Shown: in pieces, positions 23,223 through 33,555 of the stretch | How the letters are laid out: each line of letters starts with the position of its first letter | Numbering within the stretch: the stretch's first letter is position 1 | Source of the DNA: an uncultured delta proteobacterium | GTDB taxonomy: Bacteria > Desulfobacterota > DSM-4660 > Desulfatiglandales > Desulfatiglandaceae | Reading direction: 5' to 3' | Assembly (NCBI GenBank): GCA_963699845.1 | Contig: CAVOVO010000028.1 | Location: 39,791-103,790 of the forward strand | DNA: 64,000 nucleotides | Translations under genes and position numbers: made by a program | The notes under the pieces: generated by a model | What the model was told of the DNA's origin: nothing | The model's database searches: none | The model's input: only the letters and a program-made list of their open reading frames with translations

Positions 23223-24287
23223 ATGGAATTCATCAAACCGGGAATCAATGTCAATTTTGTTGGCAGACGGAAAATTGCATATGTGGCTTCGGCGGCGCTG
23301 CTCCTTGCCAGCGTCTTTTTCCTCATCCTGCGTGGCGGGCCCAATTTGGGCGTGGATTTTACAGGGGGTGTGCTGGTTCAGATTCGCCTGTTGCAGGATA
23401 AACCCATATCCGACATCAGGGCCGGGCTGGAGGCCGGGGGTTTCGAAGACAGCATCATCCAAAGGTTTGGGGAAAAAGGACAATCGGAGTATCTGATCCG
23501 AATGAGCGAAGTGGAGATCGAGCTGGCGGGTCTGGCCGATAAGGTTAAAGAGGTGCTTCAGAAAGAGCTGGGGTCGGAGGTGGAGGTTCGACGGGTGGAG
23601 GCGGTGGGGCCGAAGGTGGGTCACGATCTCAGACAGAAGGCCCTTTTTGCCATATTTTACGCCATCCTTTTCATTACCATTTACATTTCCGGAAGGTTCG
23701 AGTTCAAGTGGCTCATGAGTGCCGTCATGGCGGTCTCCCTCATGGCTGCGGTCTACTTTGCATCCGGTTTCGGGGCAGGGGTTACCTGGTTGATCATCAT
23801 TGCCCTTTTGGTGAGTCTGGGGATGTGCTGGTTCATGAAATTGAAATACGCGATGGGGGCCATTGTAGCCCTCATCCACGATGTGGGCATTACCGTAGGT
23901 GCCTTCGCCCTGACGGACCGAGAGGTGTCTCTGGCCATTGTTGCGGCCCTTCTCACCATCGTGGGGTATTCACTGAACGACACGATCATTGTTTTTGACC
24001 GGATCAGGGAAAACCTGAAGCGGTTCCGCAGGAAACCCCTGGAGGAGGTCATGAATGCCAGCGTCAATGAGACCTTGAGCCGAACGATTCTAACGTCCGG
24101 AACCACGCTGATTGTCGTGGTCGCCCTGTTCATCCTGGGTGGACCGGTGATCCATGACTTCGCATTCGCGATGATAATCGGCATTGTTACGGGAACCTAT
24201 TCCTCCATTTACGTCGCGAGTCCGATCCTCCTGCTTTGGGAGCGTTCCGCTCCCAAAGGCGTCAGCGAAAATAATCGCGCCAAGTGA
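23223..24287 (+). CDS. secF: protein translocase subunit SecF
   Basis: LGVDFTGGVLVQI and GYSLNDTIIVFDRIREN. 354 aa, directly after secD. Confidence 0.95.
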   Translation: MEFIKPGINVNFVGRRKIAYVASAALLLASVFFLILRGGPNLGVDFTGGVLVQIRLLQDKPISDIRAGLEAGGFEDSIIQRFGEKGQSEYLIRMSEVEIELAGLADKVKEVLQKELGSEVEVRRVEAVGPKVGHDLRQKALFAIFYAILFITIYISGRFEFKWLMSAVMAVSLMAAVYFASGFGAGVTWLIIIALLVSLGMCWFMKLKYAMGAIVALIHDVGITVGAFALTDREVSLAIVAALLTIVGYSLNDTIIVFDRIRENLKRFRRKPLEEVMNASVNETLSRTILTSGTTLIVVVALFILGGPVIHDFAFAMIIGIVTGTYSSIYVASPILLLWERSAPKGVSENNRAK

Positions 24288-24297
24288 ATGGTCACCA

Positions 24298-26106
24298 TTG
24301 CCTGCAAGGAAGCGAAGAAAAACATTTGTTTCAAGGGGAGCCTTCTGGTTCGTTGTCATTCTGGCTTTGGGGGCCCCCTTGGGTTGGCGGGTCTGGACGG
24401 GCTACTACAGGGTTCATCCTGAATTTCGCTCCCTCCTGATTTCCCTCAACAATGAGCCTCACCTGCTTCTGCCGGGCGAGCGTTTCAAATTCCGACCCAG
24501 CGACAAAGTCAAAATCCTGGAGATTTCCACCAACGTTTTTCTGAATCTGGGTGTACGGCTCGTGGCGGAACGGATGGATGTAAATGCTCTCCGCTACGAG
24601 GAGATGAATATCGCGTCCCTGCTCCCGAGCGGAGAGCTTTTTGAGCACCCCGACATCAGGGTCTACGCCAAGCGTCACAACGATGTCCTGGGGTATGTGG
24701 ATTGGCAAATCCGCCCCCGCGAAGAGGACTGGCTGGAGAAGGCCGAACGGATCATCGACCCTCGGCTAAAGGCAGAATTCCTTGAGCGGGCCGCAGGTCA
24801 GCTGCCCGATGACCAGACGGTCAAGCGTCGATTGATCGATGCCTACAAAGGGACCGGCCAATGGGAGAAGGCTGCCAAGCTCCTGGAAGACATGTTGGGA
24901 AAGCCCCCGGCGGTGGACACCTTAAGGGAGTTGCTCGACATATATCGATCCGGCGCCGACCGAGAAAAAATGATCAGCGTTTTGGAAAAACTCATAAAGG
25001 CTGGGCCGGAGAGCTTAAACGATAAGGTGCAGCTGGCCGAGCTGCTCGATCAGGCAGGGAAACGCAACCAGGCTGCGTCGGTCTGGGAGTCCATCGTCGG
25101 GCAGCTCGAGGAAAAGGACAGGGCCTCGGTGTACAAGCATCTGGGGAACTTCTTCGCTGAAACCGGCCAACCGGTCAAGGCGATTCAGGCCTACCTGGCC
25201 GCCGAACGGTCGGATAAGCAAGACGCAAACCTTTATTACAATCTCTTCACGCTTAATGAGAAGATCGGTCAAACCAAGAAGGCCTTGGGATTTCTTGAAG
25301 ACGCCCTCAAGCTCAACCCCAATGATGTGGATGGCCGCTTGCGGTTGGTTGAGGAATGGATGAAAAGTGGGGAGTACACCAAGGCGGAGGCACAATTGGC
25401 TGAAGTCCTCAACCGGGATCCCAAATCCCTCCAGGCGCTTCTTCTGTGGATGCGGATTGCCGAAAAGCAGAAGGACGACAAGAAGCTCAAGAAGATCTAC
25501 GACCAGATTCTGGCAGTGGCGCCTGAAAACGACAACATCATCTACAACCTGGGGACCTTGGAGTACGAAGCCGGGAACTGGAAAGAGAGCCTCTCCTATT
25601 TCAAAAGATATGGAGCGAAACATCCCGAAGACCCGGACATCCATGCCACCCTTCTAGATCTTTACAGAAAGATAGGGGACCAGGATGCCGCCTTCAAAGA
25701 GGCTCAGACGCTCGTCCGGTTGAGGCCGAAGGCCTTGGATGCTTATTCTTACATGCTTGAATCGCTGGAAAGGCAGAAGAAATACAAGGAAATGATCCCT
25801 TTGGCAGTGCAGGGGCTGAAGGAGCTGCCCGGGACCGTCCCCTTCATGGAGTACTTGCTTCTGGCCAATCTCGAAACGGGCAACGAGGCCGGCGCGCTGG
25901 CTCACTTGCGCGAAATTCTGAAGCTGAGGCCAAAGGATGCGACCTTATGGCTGCAACAGGCCCGGCTTTCAGAGAAGCTTGGCCGGAACCACGAAGCCAT
26001 GGAGGCCTACAGACGGGTTATGGAGCTCTCACCGGGACTCCAGGAGGCGGAGGAGGCCTATCTGAGATTGCGGTTGATGGGAGTTGAGCGTGGAACCGGC
26101 AATTGA
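24298..26106 (+). CDS. membrane-anchored TPR-repeat protein (start uncertain; the longest frame overlaps secF from 24184)
   Basis: In-frame TTG at 24298 gives PARKRRKTFVSRGAFWFVVILALGAPLGW (positive N-region + TM helix). The rest is repeated TPR-like helices (..AIQAYLAAERSD.., ..ALGFLEDALKLNPND..). Confidence 0.65.
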   Translation: MPARKRRKTFVSRGAFWFVVILALGAPLGWRVWTGYYRVHPEFRSLLISLNNEPHLLLPGERFKFRPSDKVKILEISTNVFLNLGVRLVAERMDVNALRYEEMNIASLLPSGELFEHPDIRVYAKRHNDVLGYVDWQIRPREEDWLEKAERIIDPRLKAEFLERAAGQLPDDQTVKRRLIDAYKGTGQWEKAAKLLEDMLGKPPAVDTLRELLDIYRSGADREKMISVLEKLIKAGPESLNDKVQLAELLDQAGKRNQAASVWESIVGQLEEKDRASVYKHLGNFFAETGQPVKAIQAYLAAERSDKQDANLYYNLFTLNEKIGQTKKALGFLEDALKLNPNDVDGRLRLVEEWMKSGEYTKAEAQLAEVLNRDPKSLQALLLWMRIAEKQKDDKKLKKIYDQILAVAPENDNIIYNLGTLEYEAGNWKESLSYFKRYGAKHPEDPDIHATLLDLYRKIGDQDAAFKEAQTLVRLRPKALDAYSYMLESLERQKKYKEMIPLAVQGLKELPGTVPFMEYLLLANLETGNEAGALAHLREILKLRPKDATLWLQQARLSEKLGRNHEAMEAYRRVMELSPGLQEAEEAYLRLRLMGVERGTGN

Positions 26107-26503
26107 AAAGCCCCATTTTCATGTGACGGCAGGCTTGATATGGCGGCACGGAGAAGTGCTCATCACCCTCAGACCGAAAGGAAGTCATCTTGGGGGGTTG
26201 TGGGAGTTTCCCGGCGGCAAGCAGGAGCGGGGGGAAACCCTGGAGGCGTGTCTTTCAAGGGAGATCAAGGAGGAGTTGGGCATGACGGTCAGGCCGGATG
26301 CGTGGCGCATGACCGTCGACCACGAGTATGAATCGAAGCGCATCTCGCTCCATATCTTCGATTGCACGATTCTGACCGGCGAGCCAAGACCCCTTGAAGG
26401 GCAAGCATACAGGTGGGCCCCGCCGGCCGTGCTTTTAAGCCTGCCTTTCCCCCCTCCGGATTTGAAGATCATCGAGTTGCTCAACCGGCGAAGGCCAAGG
26501 TAA
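26084..26503 (+). CDS. mutT: NUDIX hydrolase, MutT-type 8-oxo-dGTP diphosphatase
   Basis: Nudix box GGLWEFPGGKQERGETLEACLSREIKEELG. Confidence 0.85.
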   Translation: MSVEPAIEKPHFHVTAGLIWRHGEVLITLRPKGSHLGGLWEFPGGKQERGETLEACLSREIKEELGMTVRPDAWRMTVDHEYESKRISLHIFDCTILTGEPRPLEGQAYRWAPPAVLLSLPFPPPDLKIIELLNRRRPR

Positions 26504-26629
26504 ACCGAAAGGGCCCGGATGAGCGCAAAACGGCTCATGGGATGGATCGCTTCTGCCGATTTCATTGTAATGACTGTAAAGATCATCATCGCTCGATGAG
26601 TGGCTGGTTTGGCCGGGAAGGAGAGACCT

Positions 26630-28522
26630 ATGCCAAAGGGTAACTGCGAATTCAAGGGGACAGGGGGGCAATACTTCCCTACCTTCTTTATTCACCTCTT
26701 CCTGATCAGCAGTGTCACGTTAGGGATCTATCTGCCTTGGGCATGGGTCCGCCTTCTCAAATTGAGGGCCTCTCACACGCTCATCAACGCCAAGCGCGTC
26801 TCTTTTACCGGAACGGGTGGCCAACTGCTGGGACTCGCCGTCGTCCAGGGTCTCCTTACCATCGTGACACTGGGTTTCTATGCCCCATGGGCCGTATGCA
26901 AATACTGCGCGTGGCGGGCGCAAAACACCCTCGTCGAGGGAAAGCCAAGCCAGTTCATCGGAACCGGCGGCAACCTGTTCCTTCTCTATCTGATTCATTT
27001 GGTCCTGCTGCCCCTTATCACTTTCGGCATTTATTTATTCTGGGGCATTTACCGGCTGTATGCCTGGAAAGAGGAGCACATGAGATACGGCGGGGAAGCC
27101 ACCTCGTTTGGCGGCCGCTTCGGGCTATTCCTGAAGATTTCCCTGATCTGCTGGTTTCTTAACCTCATCACCTTGAACCTCTACATGCCTTGGGCGTTAT
27201 GCAGGCTTTACAGATGGCAGACCGAAGGGCTTGCCGTTGGAGAGGGGCCAGGCGTCGACCATTTTCCACCCGTCAAGACCAAGCCTTTGGTGGTGCTCGT
27301 CGTGATTTTGGTGGGGCTGTTGCTGTGGCTGCTTCTGTTGTTGTTCGCGCGGCATTTCATGGTGGATGTCCTTTCACCACTTGACCGATCCGTCGTGACC
27401 GGACCGCCGGCGCGCCTCTTGCCGGATGCACGGCTGAAAAAGGGTGCCAAGCCACATGACTCGAAAAAGACCCAAGCCCCTGGTGCCGAGGCACAAAAGG
27501 CGGAAAAGGATCGCGAGGGTCAAAAGGACTCAGAGACGGCTGGACTGGATGCGGTGATCCAGAAGGACCCAAGGAATGCCAAGGCCCTTTATAACCGGGC
27601 CTGGATTTATGCCGCCAAAGGGGACCTGAAACAGGCGGAGATGGATTACAGCCAGGCCATCACGGCCTCTCCCACGGACGGCGATGCCTTTTACAACCGG
27701 GGTCTTGTCTATATCAAGCTGATGGAGTGGGAGAAGGCCCTCCATGATTTCACGGAGGCCATCAGGCTTGACCCGCAAGCCGCGGATGCTTTCTGCAACA
27801 GGGGCAATGTCCATTTCAAAACAGGGAGAGTGGAACTGGCTATGAAGGATTACACCGACGGTTTGCGCATCGCCCCCAACGACGGTGTGATCCTTTACAA
27901 CCGTGGTATCGTCTACCTTTCTTCCGGTGATGAGGCAAAGGGTCAGGAAGACTTGAGGAGGGCTGCGGAGCTCGGCGTGGCGCAGGCAAAGGGCCTGCCG
28001 GCGGAAACGACCATGGCGCCCTCGGAGGCGGCCGGGCCTGCTGAGAATCTTGCTGAGAATGCCGAAGGCCCGGGCCAAGAAGAGGAAACAGGGATGTGGC
28101 GCGTGGATCTGACGGGCGTGGAAATCCCGGAGGACTCGGCCGAGGGGATGATCAACGGGATGTCTTTCGCAGTGGACGAGGCGGGCATACAAAACGGCGC
28201 CCTGAGTCTCCGGCAAGGGTTTGATGACCCGGCAGAAAGGGAGTTTGTGATCTCGCTGTCCTTAAAGCAAGGAGAGACCCCGGAAGGAAAGACCTTCACG
28301 GTTTCACGAGCGGCAGGGTCCGGCGCCCTTCGGGTGCAGATGAAGTGGCTGGACGAAGAGACCCAGGCCGTGAAAACGGAGACCTTCACTCGGGGTTATG
28401 CCATGCGGCTCGAATTCGGGCCGTTGGAAGAAGGGCGGCTTTCAGGCAAGATCTATCTCTGCGTGCCGGATGAGGCAAAAAGCTATGTGGCCGGCGTCTT
28501 TTCGGCCGGGATGAAGCAATAG
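26630..28522 (+). CDS. membrane protein with four DUF898 (YjgN-like) modules + TPR repeats + uncharacterised C-terminal domain
   Basis: Four iterations of F.GTGG(Q/N)..(hydrophobic)..TLG(I/F)Y.PWA pattern: FKGTGGQYF..TLGIYLPWAW; FTGTGGQLL..TLGFYAPWAV; FIGTGGNLF..TFGIYLFWGI; FGGRFGLFL..TLNLYMPWAL. Then TPRs (NAKALYNRAWIYAAKGDL.., DGDAFYNRGLVY.., ADAFCNRGNVH..). ATG 26630 follows GGAAGGAGAG. Confidence 0.7.
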   Translation: MPKGNCEFKGTGGQYFPTFFIHLFLISSVTLGIYLPWAWVRLLKLRASHTLINAKRVSFTGTGGQLLGLAVVQGLLTIVTLGFYAPWAVCKYCAWRAQNTLVEGKPSQFIGTGGNLFLLYLIHLVLLPLITFGIYLFWGIYRLYAWKEEHMRYGGEATSFGGRFGLFLKISLICWFLNLITLNLYMPWALCRLYRWQTEGLAVGEGPGVDHFPPVKTKPLVVLVVILVGLLLWLLLLLFARHFMVDVLSPLDRSVVTGPPARLLPDARLKKGAKPHDSKKTQAPGAEAQKAEKDREGQKDSETAGLDAVIQKDPRNAKALYNRAWIYAAKGDLKQAEMDYSQAITASPTDGDAFYNRGLVYIKLMEWEKALHDFTEAIRLDPQAADAFCNRGNVHFKTGRVELAMKDYTDGLRIAPNDGVILYNRGIVYLSSGDEAKGQEDLRRAAELGVAQAKGLPAETTMAPSEAAGPAENLAENAEGPGQEEETGMWRVDLTGVEIPEDSAEGMINGMSFAVDEAGIQNGALSLRQGFDDPAEREFVISLSLKQGETPEGKTFTVSRAAGSGALRVQMKWLDEETQAVKTETFTRGYAMRLEFGPLEEGRLSGKIYLCVPDEAKSYVAGVFSAGMKQ

Positions 28523-28558
28523 CAGGTCCTTCCGAAGAACAGACATGAGCCCGCATTG

Positions 28559-30115
28559 TCAAGGGGAACCGCCCGGTTGCCGGTTGTTTTCCTCCTTCTT
28601 TCCTCTTTCCGCCTCCTGGATCCTTCGTCGCAAATCAGGGTCGCCCGCCGCCAGTTCATCCGCTTTCTTGAAATGAAAGGCGGCCTTTTGGATCTCTCCC
28701 AACCTATTGAAATAGATACCGAAATGATAGTGCGCCCGTGCGAGCCGGTTTAGTCGTCCATAAGACAAGCCGAGATGGTAATGGACTTCGTCTTTGACTT
28801 CTCTTCTTGAGGCCAGTTGTTCGAGAAGCTGAATGGAACGATCGTACTGCTCGAGGTTCTCGTAGGAGACTGCCAGAAGGAACAAGGTGGCCCCATCCTC
28901 TCTATCCAAGGAAAGGGCCTTTTCAAGGGCGGATACGGCTTCCTTGTCCAGCCCTTTCAACTGGTAATCTTCGCCTATGTATCTCAGGGCGAGGGTAGAG
29001 GGCGCGCCATGGTCCAGTGCCTTGCGCAGGTGCTTCAAGGAAAGATCGTATTCGGATTTTTCCCTGTAAACCACCCCCAATCCCAGATTGGGTGCAGGGG
29101 CGTCAGGGGAATCTTGGAGATCCAATTTAAATAGACGTTCGGCTTCGTCAGGCGACTTGGAGAGCGCAAGGACCACGGCCTTGAAGTATGGGTAAAGTCT
29201 CTTTGCCCGAGAGGACTCCTCGGTCCCCACAAGCGGATGGACATCCCCATAGATGGCATCCAGGTTCGACATCCGTTCGGGACCCGTGGGGTGGGTCAGG
29301 AGGTAGGCCGGGACCTTGTTGCTTCCGAGATATTGGCCACGCTCGATCTTGTTGAGCATGGAGATCATCCCTTTGGGGTCGAAACCCGCGGGCTCTATAT
29401 ATTTGAAACCCAGTTGGTCCGCCTGGCGCTCGTCCTCTCGGCTGTAGTGAAGCTGTGCCTGAATCCCCGCCGCAGCGGAGCCCATCATCATCGCCCCACC
29501 CAAGGGCCCTCCCCCCAATAGGATGCCCGCCAGCATCCCCGCCATGGTGGCAATGCTGATTTTCTGACTCTGATCGATGCGTTGGGCCATGTGTCGGGCC
29601 GTGACGTGGCCGATCTCGTGGCAGATGACGTTCGCCAGCTCATCCACATCCGATGTGACGTTTATGAGGCCGGTGAAGATGAAGATATTGCCCCCGGGCG
29701 CTGCAAAGGCATTAAGGGTATTGTCTCTCAGCAGATAGAAATGAAACGGGAAAGGCTTGGTCTCTACAGGGGTCAGGAGGAACTGGCCCAGCTCGTTGAT
29801 GAAACCGGTGGCGAAGCCATCTTCCAAAAGCGTAAAGTGTTTCCGGATCTGGGCGAGCATTTCCTGCCCAAGTTTCCGCTCGTCTTCGATGGAGAAGGCC
29901 TGAGCCTCGATAGGAGAGAAAAAGCCAAGTTCGGGACGGCTGCAAACAAGGAAAGACGGTACCAGAATGAGAATCAGGAAGAGGCTCGTCCTCCAGTGCC
30001 TCCGATGCCCTGTCTGCTGTATCCCTGTTTTGGGTCGGCTTGCAGCTGAGCTCAGGAATCCGCTTTCCCTTGGACCTTGTAACTTGGACCTTGCACCCAT
30101 CTTTTCTCCGATCAT
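28559..30115 (-). CDS. M48-family zinc metalloprotease with C-terminal TPR repeats (BepA/YfgC-like)
   Basis: HExxH site VICHEIGHVTARH, LLTHPTGPERM, then TPR-like repeats. N-terminal TM/signal region. Confidence 0.85.
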   Translation of the reverse strand: MIGEKMGARSKLQGPRESGFLSSAASRPKTGIQQTGHRRHWRTSLFLILILVPSFLVCSRPELGFFSPIEAQAFSIEDERKLGQEMLAQIRKHFTLLEDGFATGFINELGQFLLTPVETKPFPFHFYLLRDNTLNAFAAPGGNIFIFTGLINVTSDVDELANVICHEIGHVTARHMAQRIDQSQKISIATMAGMLAGILLGGGPLGGAMMMGSAAAGIQAQLHYSREDERQADQLGFKYIEPAGFDPKGMISMLNKIERGQYLGSNKVPAYLLTHPTGPERMSNLDAIYGDVHPLVGTEESSRAKRLYPYFKAVVLALSKSPDEAERLFKLDLQDSPDAPAPNLGLGVVYREKSEYDLSLKHLRKALDHGAPSTLALRYIGEDYQLKGLDKEAVSALEKALSLDREDGATLFLLAVSYENLEQYDRSIQLLEQLASRREVKDEVHYHLGLSYGRLNRLARAHYHFGIYFNRLGEIQKAAFHFKKADELAAGDPDLRRRIQEAERGKKEENNRQPGGSP

Positions 30116-30483
30116 GTTTTCATCTCTTTCGGTTCCGCCGCCTGCGGCCCGATTCTGGGGGCTTCAATCCAGAGGCCTTCCAGGTCATAGAACGCCCGGA
30201 CCGGTTGGTAGAAAACATGAACCACCACGTCACCAAAGTCGGTCAAAATCCATTGTCCTTCCGCTTCGCCCTCTACACCCATCGCCTTGAACCCAGCTTG
30301 ACGCATCTTTCTTAAGAGGTTATTGGCGATGGCCTGAACCTGGCGCGTTGAGCTCCCGCTGGCGATGATAAAATAATCGGCGATCGATGTCAGCTCACCT
30401 ACGTCAAGCAGCACCGGTTCGATGGCCTTTCTTTCTTTCACGAAAGAAAAGCAGCGTGTTGCTTTATCCAGAGAAGTCATCAT
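30112..30483 (-). CDS. rsfS: ribosome silencing factor RsfS (iojap-like)
   Basis: ADYFIIASGSSTRQVQAIANNL..WILTDFGDVVVHVFYQPVRAFYDLEGLW. Confidence 0.9.
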   Translation of the reverse strand: MMTSLDKATRCFSFVKERKAIEPVLLDVGELTSIADYFIIASGSSTRQVQAIANNLLRKMRQAGFKAMGVEGEAEGQWILTDFGDVVVHVFYQPVRAFYDLEGLWIEAPRIGPQAAEPKEMKT

Positions 30484-31123
30484 GTCGATAGAGATTCTTT
30501 CTTATAATATAGGACATCACTGGGTCCGGCACCAGAAAACGGATGGATTTTCCCGATGATACCAGGTGCCGGATATGTGTCGAGGATATGTCCATCAGGG
30601 TTGTTTTCCTGAAAAAGAGCGTTTTTCCCGTATTGAGCTTCAGCGTGTCCAGGTTGTCTTCCTCTGGTTCCAAGGGGGCCAGGTGATGAAGGACCGGTTC
30701 GAGGTCCGGTCTTCCAAGGCCCCCCCTGGAAATCACCACAAAATGGGAATATTGAAAAAGATCTCGGTAATCCTTCCATGTGTCGATTTCCAGAAACGCA
30801 TCCACACCTAGAATAAAGAAGAGCTCGGCCCTGCCTCCAAAGCGATGGTCGATCTCCTTAAGCGTCTGGACGGAATAAGAAAAACCGGATCTTTTCCCTT
30901 CGATATCCAGTACTTCCAGAAGCCCTGGGCGGCCCACGGCCAGTCGGGCCATATCGAGCCGATCCTCAAAAGGAGAAACGGGTTCCCTTGATTTGTGCGG
31001 CGGCGATGCCGCGGGAATGAGGAACACTTTGTCTAGGTTGAATTCCTGACCCATTTCTTCGGCGGCCCGGCAATGACCGAGATGGATTGGATCGAAGGTT
31101 CCGCCGAAGATGCCTAGACGCAA
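30464..31123 (-). CDS. nadD: nicotinate-nucleotide adenylyltransferase
   Basis: LGIFGGTFDPIHLGH..FLIPAASPPHK..ISSTHIR. Confidence 0.93.
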   Translation of the reverse strand: MRLGIFGGTFDPIHLGHCRAAEEMGQEFNLDKVFLIPAASPPHKSREPVSPFEDRLDMARLAVGRPGLLEVLDIEGKRSGFSYSVQTLKEIDHRFGGRAELFFILGVDAFLEIDTWKDYRDLFQYSHFVVISRGGLGRPDLEPVLHHLAPLEPEEDNLDTLKLNTGKTLFFRKTTLMDISSTHIRHLVSSGKSIRFLVPDPVMSYIIRKNLYRHDDFSG

Positions 31124-31135
31124 GGGGGCTCCATT

Positions 31136-32392
31136 TCAGGACCTGATCTGGCCGGACCCATGGACAATGAACTTGGTCGTGGTCAATTCCTCGAGGCCCA
31201 TGGGCCCGAAGGCATGCAGCTTGGAGGTGCTGATCCCGATTTCCGCTCCAAGACCAAGCTGGTATCCGTCGTTGAACCGCGTGGAAGCATTCACGAGCAC
31301 CACGGACGCGTCCACTTCGGAGAGGAACCGCTGGGCACGGCCATAGTCCCGGGTGACAATCGCCTCCGTGTGGTTGGAACCATAGGTCTCGATGTGCTCA
31401 AGGGCTTCTTCCATGCTTGAGACGACCTTCACCGCCAGAATCAGATCCAGAAACTCAGCGGGCCAATCGGATTCACCCGCGGGTACGGCCCCGGGGATGA
31501 GCTCGACTGTCCTTGCGCAGCCCCTGATCTCCACCCCCGCACCCTGCAAAGCCCTTCCCACGTCAGGGAGAAAATCCGGGGCCACGCGCTCATGGACCAG
31601 CATGGTCTCCATGGCGTTACAAACTCCGGGTCTCTGGACCTTGGCGTTGAAACAAATGGACTTGGCCATGTCCAGATCCGCCGATTCATCCACGTAGGTA
31701 TGGCATACGCCCTTGTAGTGCTTGAGCACGGGGATGCGCGAGTGCTCAACCACAAAACGGATTAAGCCCTCTCCGCCCCTCGGGATAATCAGATCCACAT
31801 CCTCTTCCAGGCTGAGGAGGACATTTGTGGCCGCTCTCTCGGTCGTTGGAACGACCTGAATGGCCTCGGATGGGAGGCCTGATGCCTCCAGCGCTTCACC
31901 CAGGATCTGGGAAAGCGCCAGATTGGAGTGGATGGCCTCGGACCCGCCCTTGAGGATCACGGCGTTACCGGACTTCAGGCAGAGGCCCGCCGCGTCCACC
32001 GTCACATTGGGCCTTGATTCGTAAATGAAGCCGATGACGCCTATGGGTATCCGGACCCGTCCGACGACCAGGCCGTTCGGCCGCTTCCACATGGAGGTCA
32101 CGGCACCCACCGGGTCCGGGAGCGAAGCCACTTCAAGCAATCCATCGGCCATGGCATCGATGGTCTTGGCATCGAGCCTCAGGCGATCGATCATGGCGGG
32201 AGACATGCCCGATTTTTCCGCGCCTTCCAGATCCTTCCGGTTCTCCTGAAAGAGCGCCTCTTTCCGTTCCGCAATCAGCCGGGCCATGCGCTTCAGGGCC
32301 TCATCTTTTTGGGGCCGTTCCACCTGCCGCAGCTTCCTTGCGGCGGCTCTCGCCTCCTTTGCCATCTGCCCGATCATGACCTCAATCGACAT
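31136..32392 (-). CDS. proA: gamma-glutamyl phosphate reductase
   Basis: Full-length ProA pattern (..[52 protein letters not shown]). Confidence 0.95.
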   Translation of the reverse strand: MSIEVMIGQMAKEARAAARKLRQVERPQKDEALKRMARLIAERKEALFQENRKDLEGAEKSGMSPAMIDRLRLDAKTIDAMADGLLEVASLPDPVGAVTSMWKRPNGLVVGRVRIPIGVIGFIYESRPNVTVDAAGLCLKSGNAVILKGGSEAIHSNLALSQILGEALEASGLPSEAIQVVPTTERAATNVLLSLEEDVDLIIPRGGEGLIRFVVEHSRIPVLKHYKGVCHTYVDESADLDMAKSICFNAKVQRPGVCNAMETMLVHERVAPDFLPDVGRALQGAGVEIRGCARTVELIPGAVPAGESDWPAEFLDLILAVKVVSSMEEALEHIETYGSNHTEAIVTRDYGRAQRFLSEVDASVVLVNASTRFNDGYQLGLGAEIGISTSKLHAFGPMGLEELTTTKFIVHGSGQIRS

Positions 32393-33555
32393 ATGTCATC
32401 TCCATCTTCCGTGTCGGCCGTGATGACGAGGTTGTCACGGTGGATCACTTCGTCGTCCTGTTTGAACCCCAGCTTGGATTCGATTTCAGAGGTCTTGACC
32501 CCGATGATCTTCGCAACGTCGCCCGAGTGGTAGTTGACCATGCCGACAGCCACCTCCTTGCCATCGGGATTGATCAAGAGGACGGCGTCCCCGGGGCTGA
32601 ACCGCCCTTTCACATCGACGATCCCCGAGGGCAGGAGGCTTTTGCCGTTTTCAAGGAGGGCCTTTTCCGCCCCACGGTCGATAAAAAGCTCCCCCCGAGG
32701 GGACTTGGTGAAGGCGATCCAGTGCTTCCTGCTGCAAAGAGAGGTCTCGCGCGGCAGAAAGAGCGTCCCTTCCTCTTCGCCGGAAAAAATACGTTTCAGG
32801 ATGTGGGGCTTGAGCCCGTTTGCGATGACGGTGGGGACCCCTGCCAGCGCCACCTTGTGGGCGGCCTTGATCTTACTGGACATACCGCCGGTGCCCAGAA
32901 AGCCCGGGATGGCGCTGGCAAATTTTGCCACCTTGCGGTCCACCTTTGCGACAATCGGGATGAGCCTGGCTTCAGGGTCCTCTCTCGGATCCTTGTCAAA
33001 AAGACCGTCCATGTTGGTCAGGTTCACCAACAGGTGAGCGTCGGTGAGATTGGTCACCATGGCACTCAGATTGTCGTTGTCTCCGAACTTGATTTCATCC
33101 ACCGAGACCGTGTCGTTCTCGTTGATGATGGGGAGGATCTTCCACGAGAGCAGGGTCATAATGGTGTTTCTCGCGTTCAAATAGCGACGCCTGTGGATGA
33201 GGTCGTCCCGGGTGATCAAGATCTGGGCAACCTTCTGGCCGTAAGGTCGGAAGGTCTCCTCGTATGAGCTTATGAGGCTGCTTTGACCCACCGCGGCCAC
33301 GGCCTGCAGTTGGGAGACGGACTGGGGGCGCTTGCTGATCCCTATCTTTTTGAGACCCGAGGCAATGGCGCCCGATGAGACCAGAATGACTTCCTTCCCG
33401 CTGGCGCGAAGCTCGCAGATGTCGGAAACCAGGTCTTTGACCGCGGTCATGTTGAGACCTCCCCTGACCGTCAAGACACCGCTTCCGACTTTGACCACGA
33501 CCCGTCTGATGGGTCTAAGGATTTCCAGCCTCAAGCTCTTTGCTTTCTGATTCAT
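32374..33555 (-). CDS. proB: glutamate 5-kinase with PUA domain (start uncertain; the longest frame starts at 33573)
   Basis: [45 protein letters not shown]-terminal PUA region [13 protein letters not shown].. Confidence 0.93.
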   Translation of the reverse strand: MNQKAKSLRLEILRPIRRVVVKVGSGVLTVRGGLNMTAVKDLVSDICELRASGKEVILVSSGAIASGLKKIGISKRPQSVSQLQAVAAVGQSSLISSYEETFRPYGQKVAQILITRDDLIHRRRYLNARNTIMTLLSWKILPIINENDTVSVDEIKFGDNDNLSAMVTNLTDAHLLVNLTNMDGLFDKDPREDPEARLIPIVAKVDRKVAKFASAIPGFLGTGGMSSKIKAAHKVALAGVPTVIANGLKPHILKRIFSGEEEGTLFLPRETSLCSRKHWIAFTKSPRGELFIDRGAEKALLENGKSLLPSGIVDVKGRFSPGDAVLLINPDGKEVAVGMVNYHSGDVAKIIGVKTSEIESKLGFKQDDEVIHRDNLVITADTEDGDDICRLRS

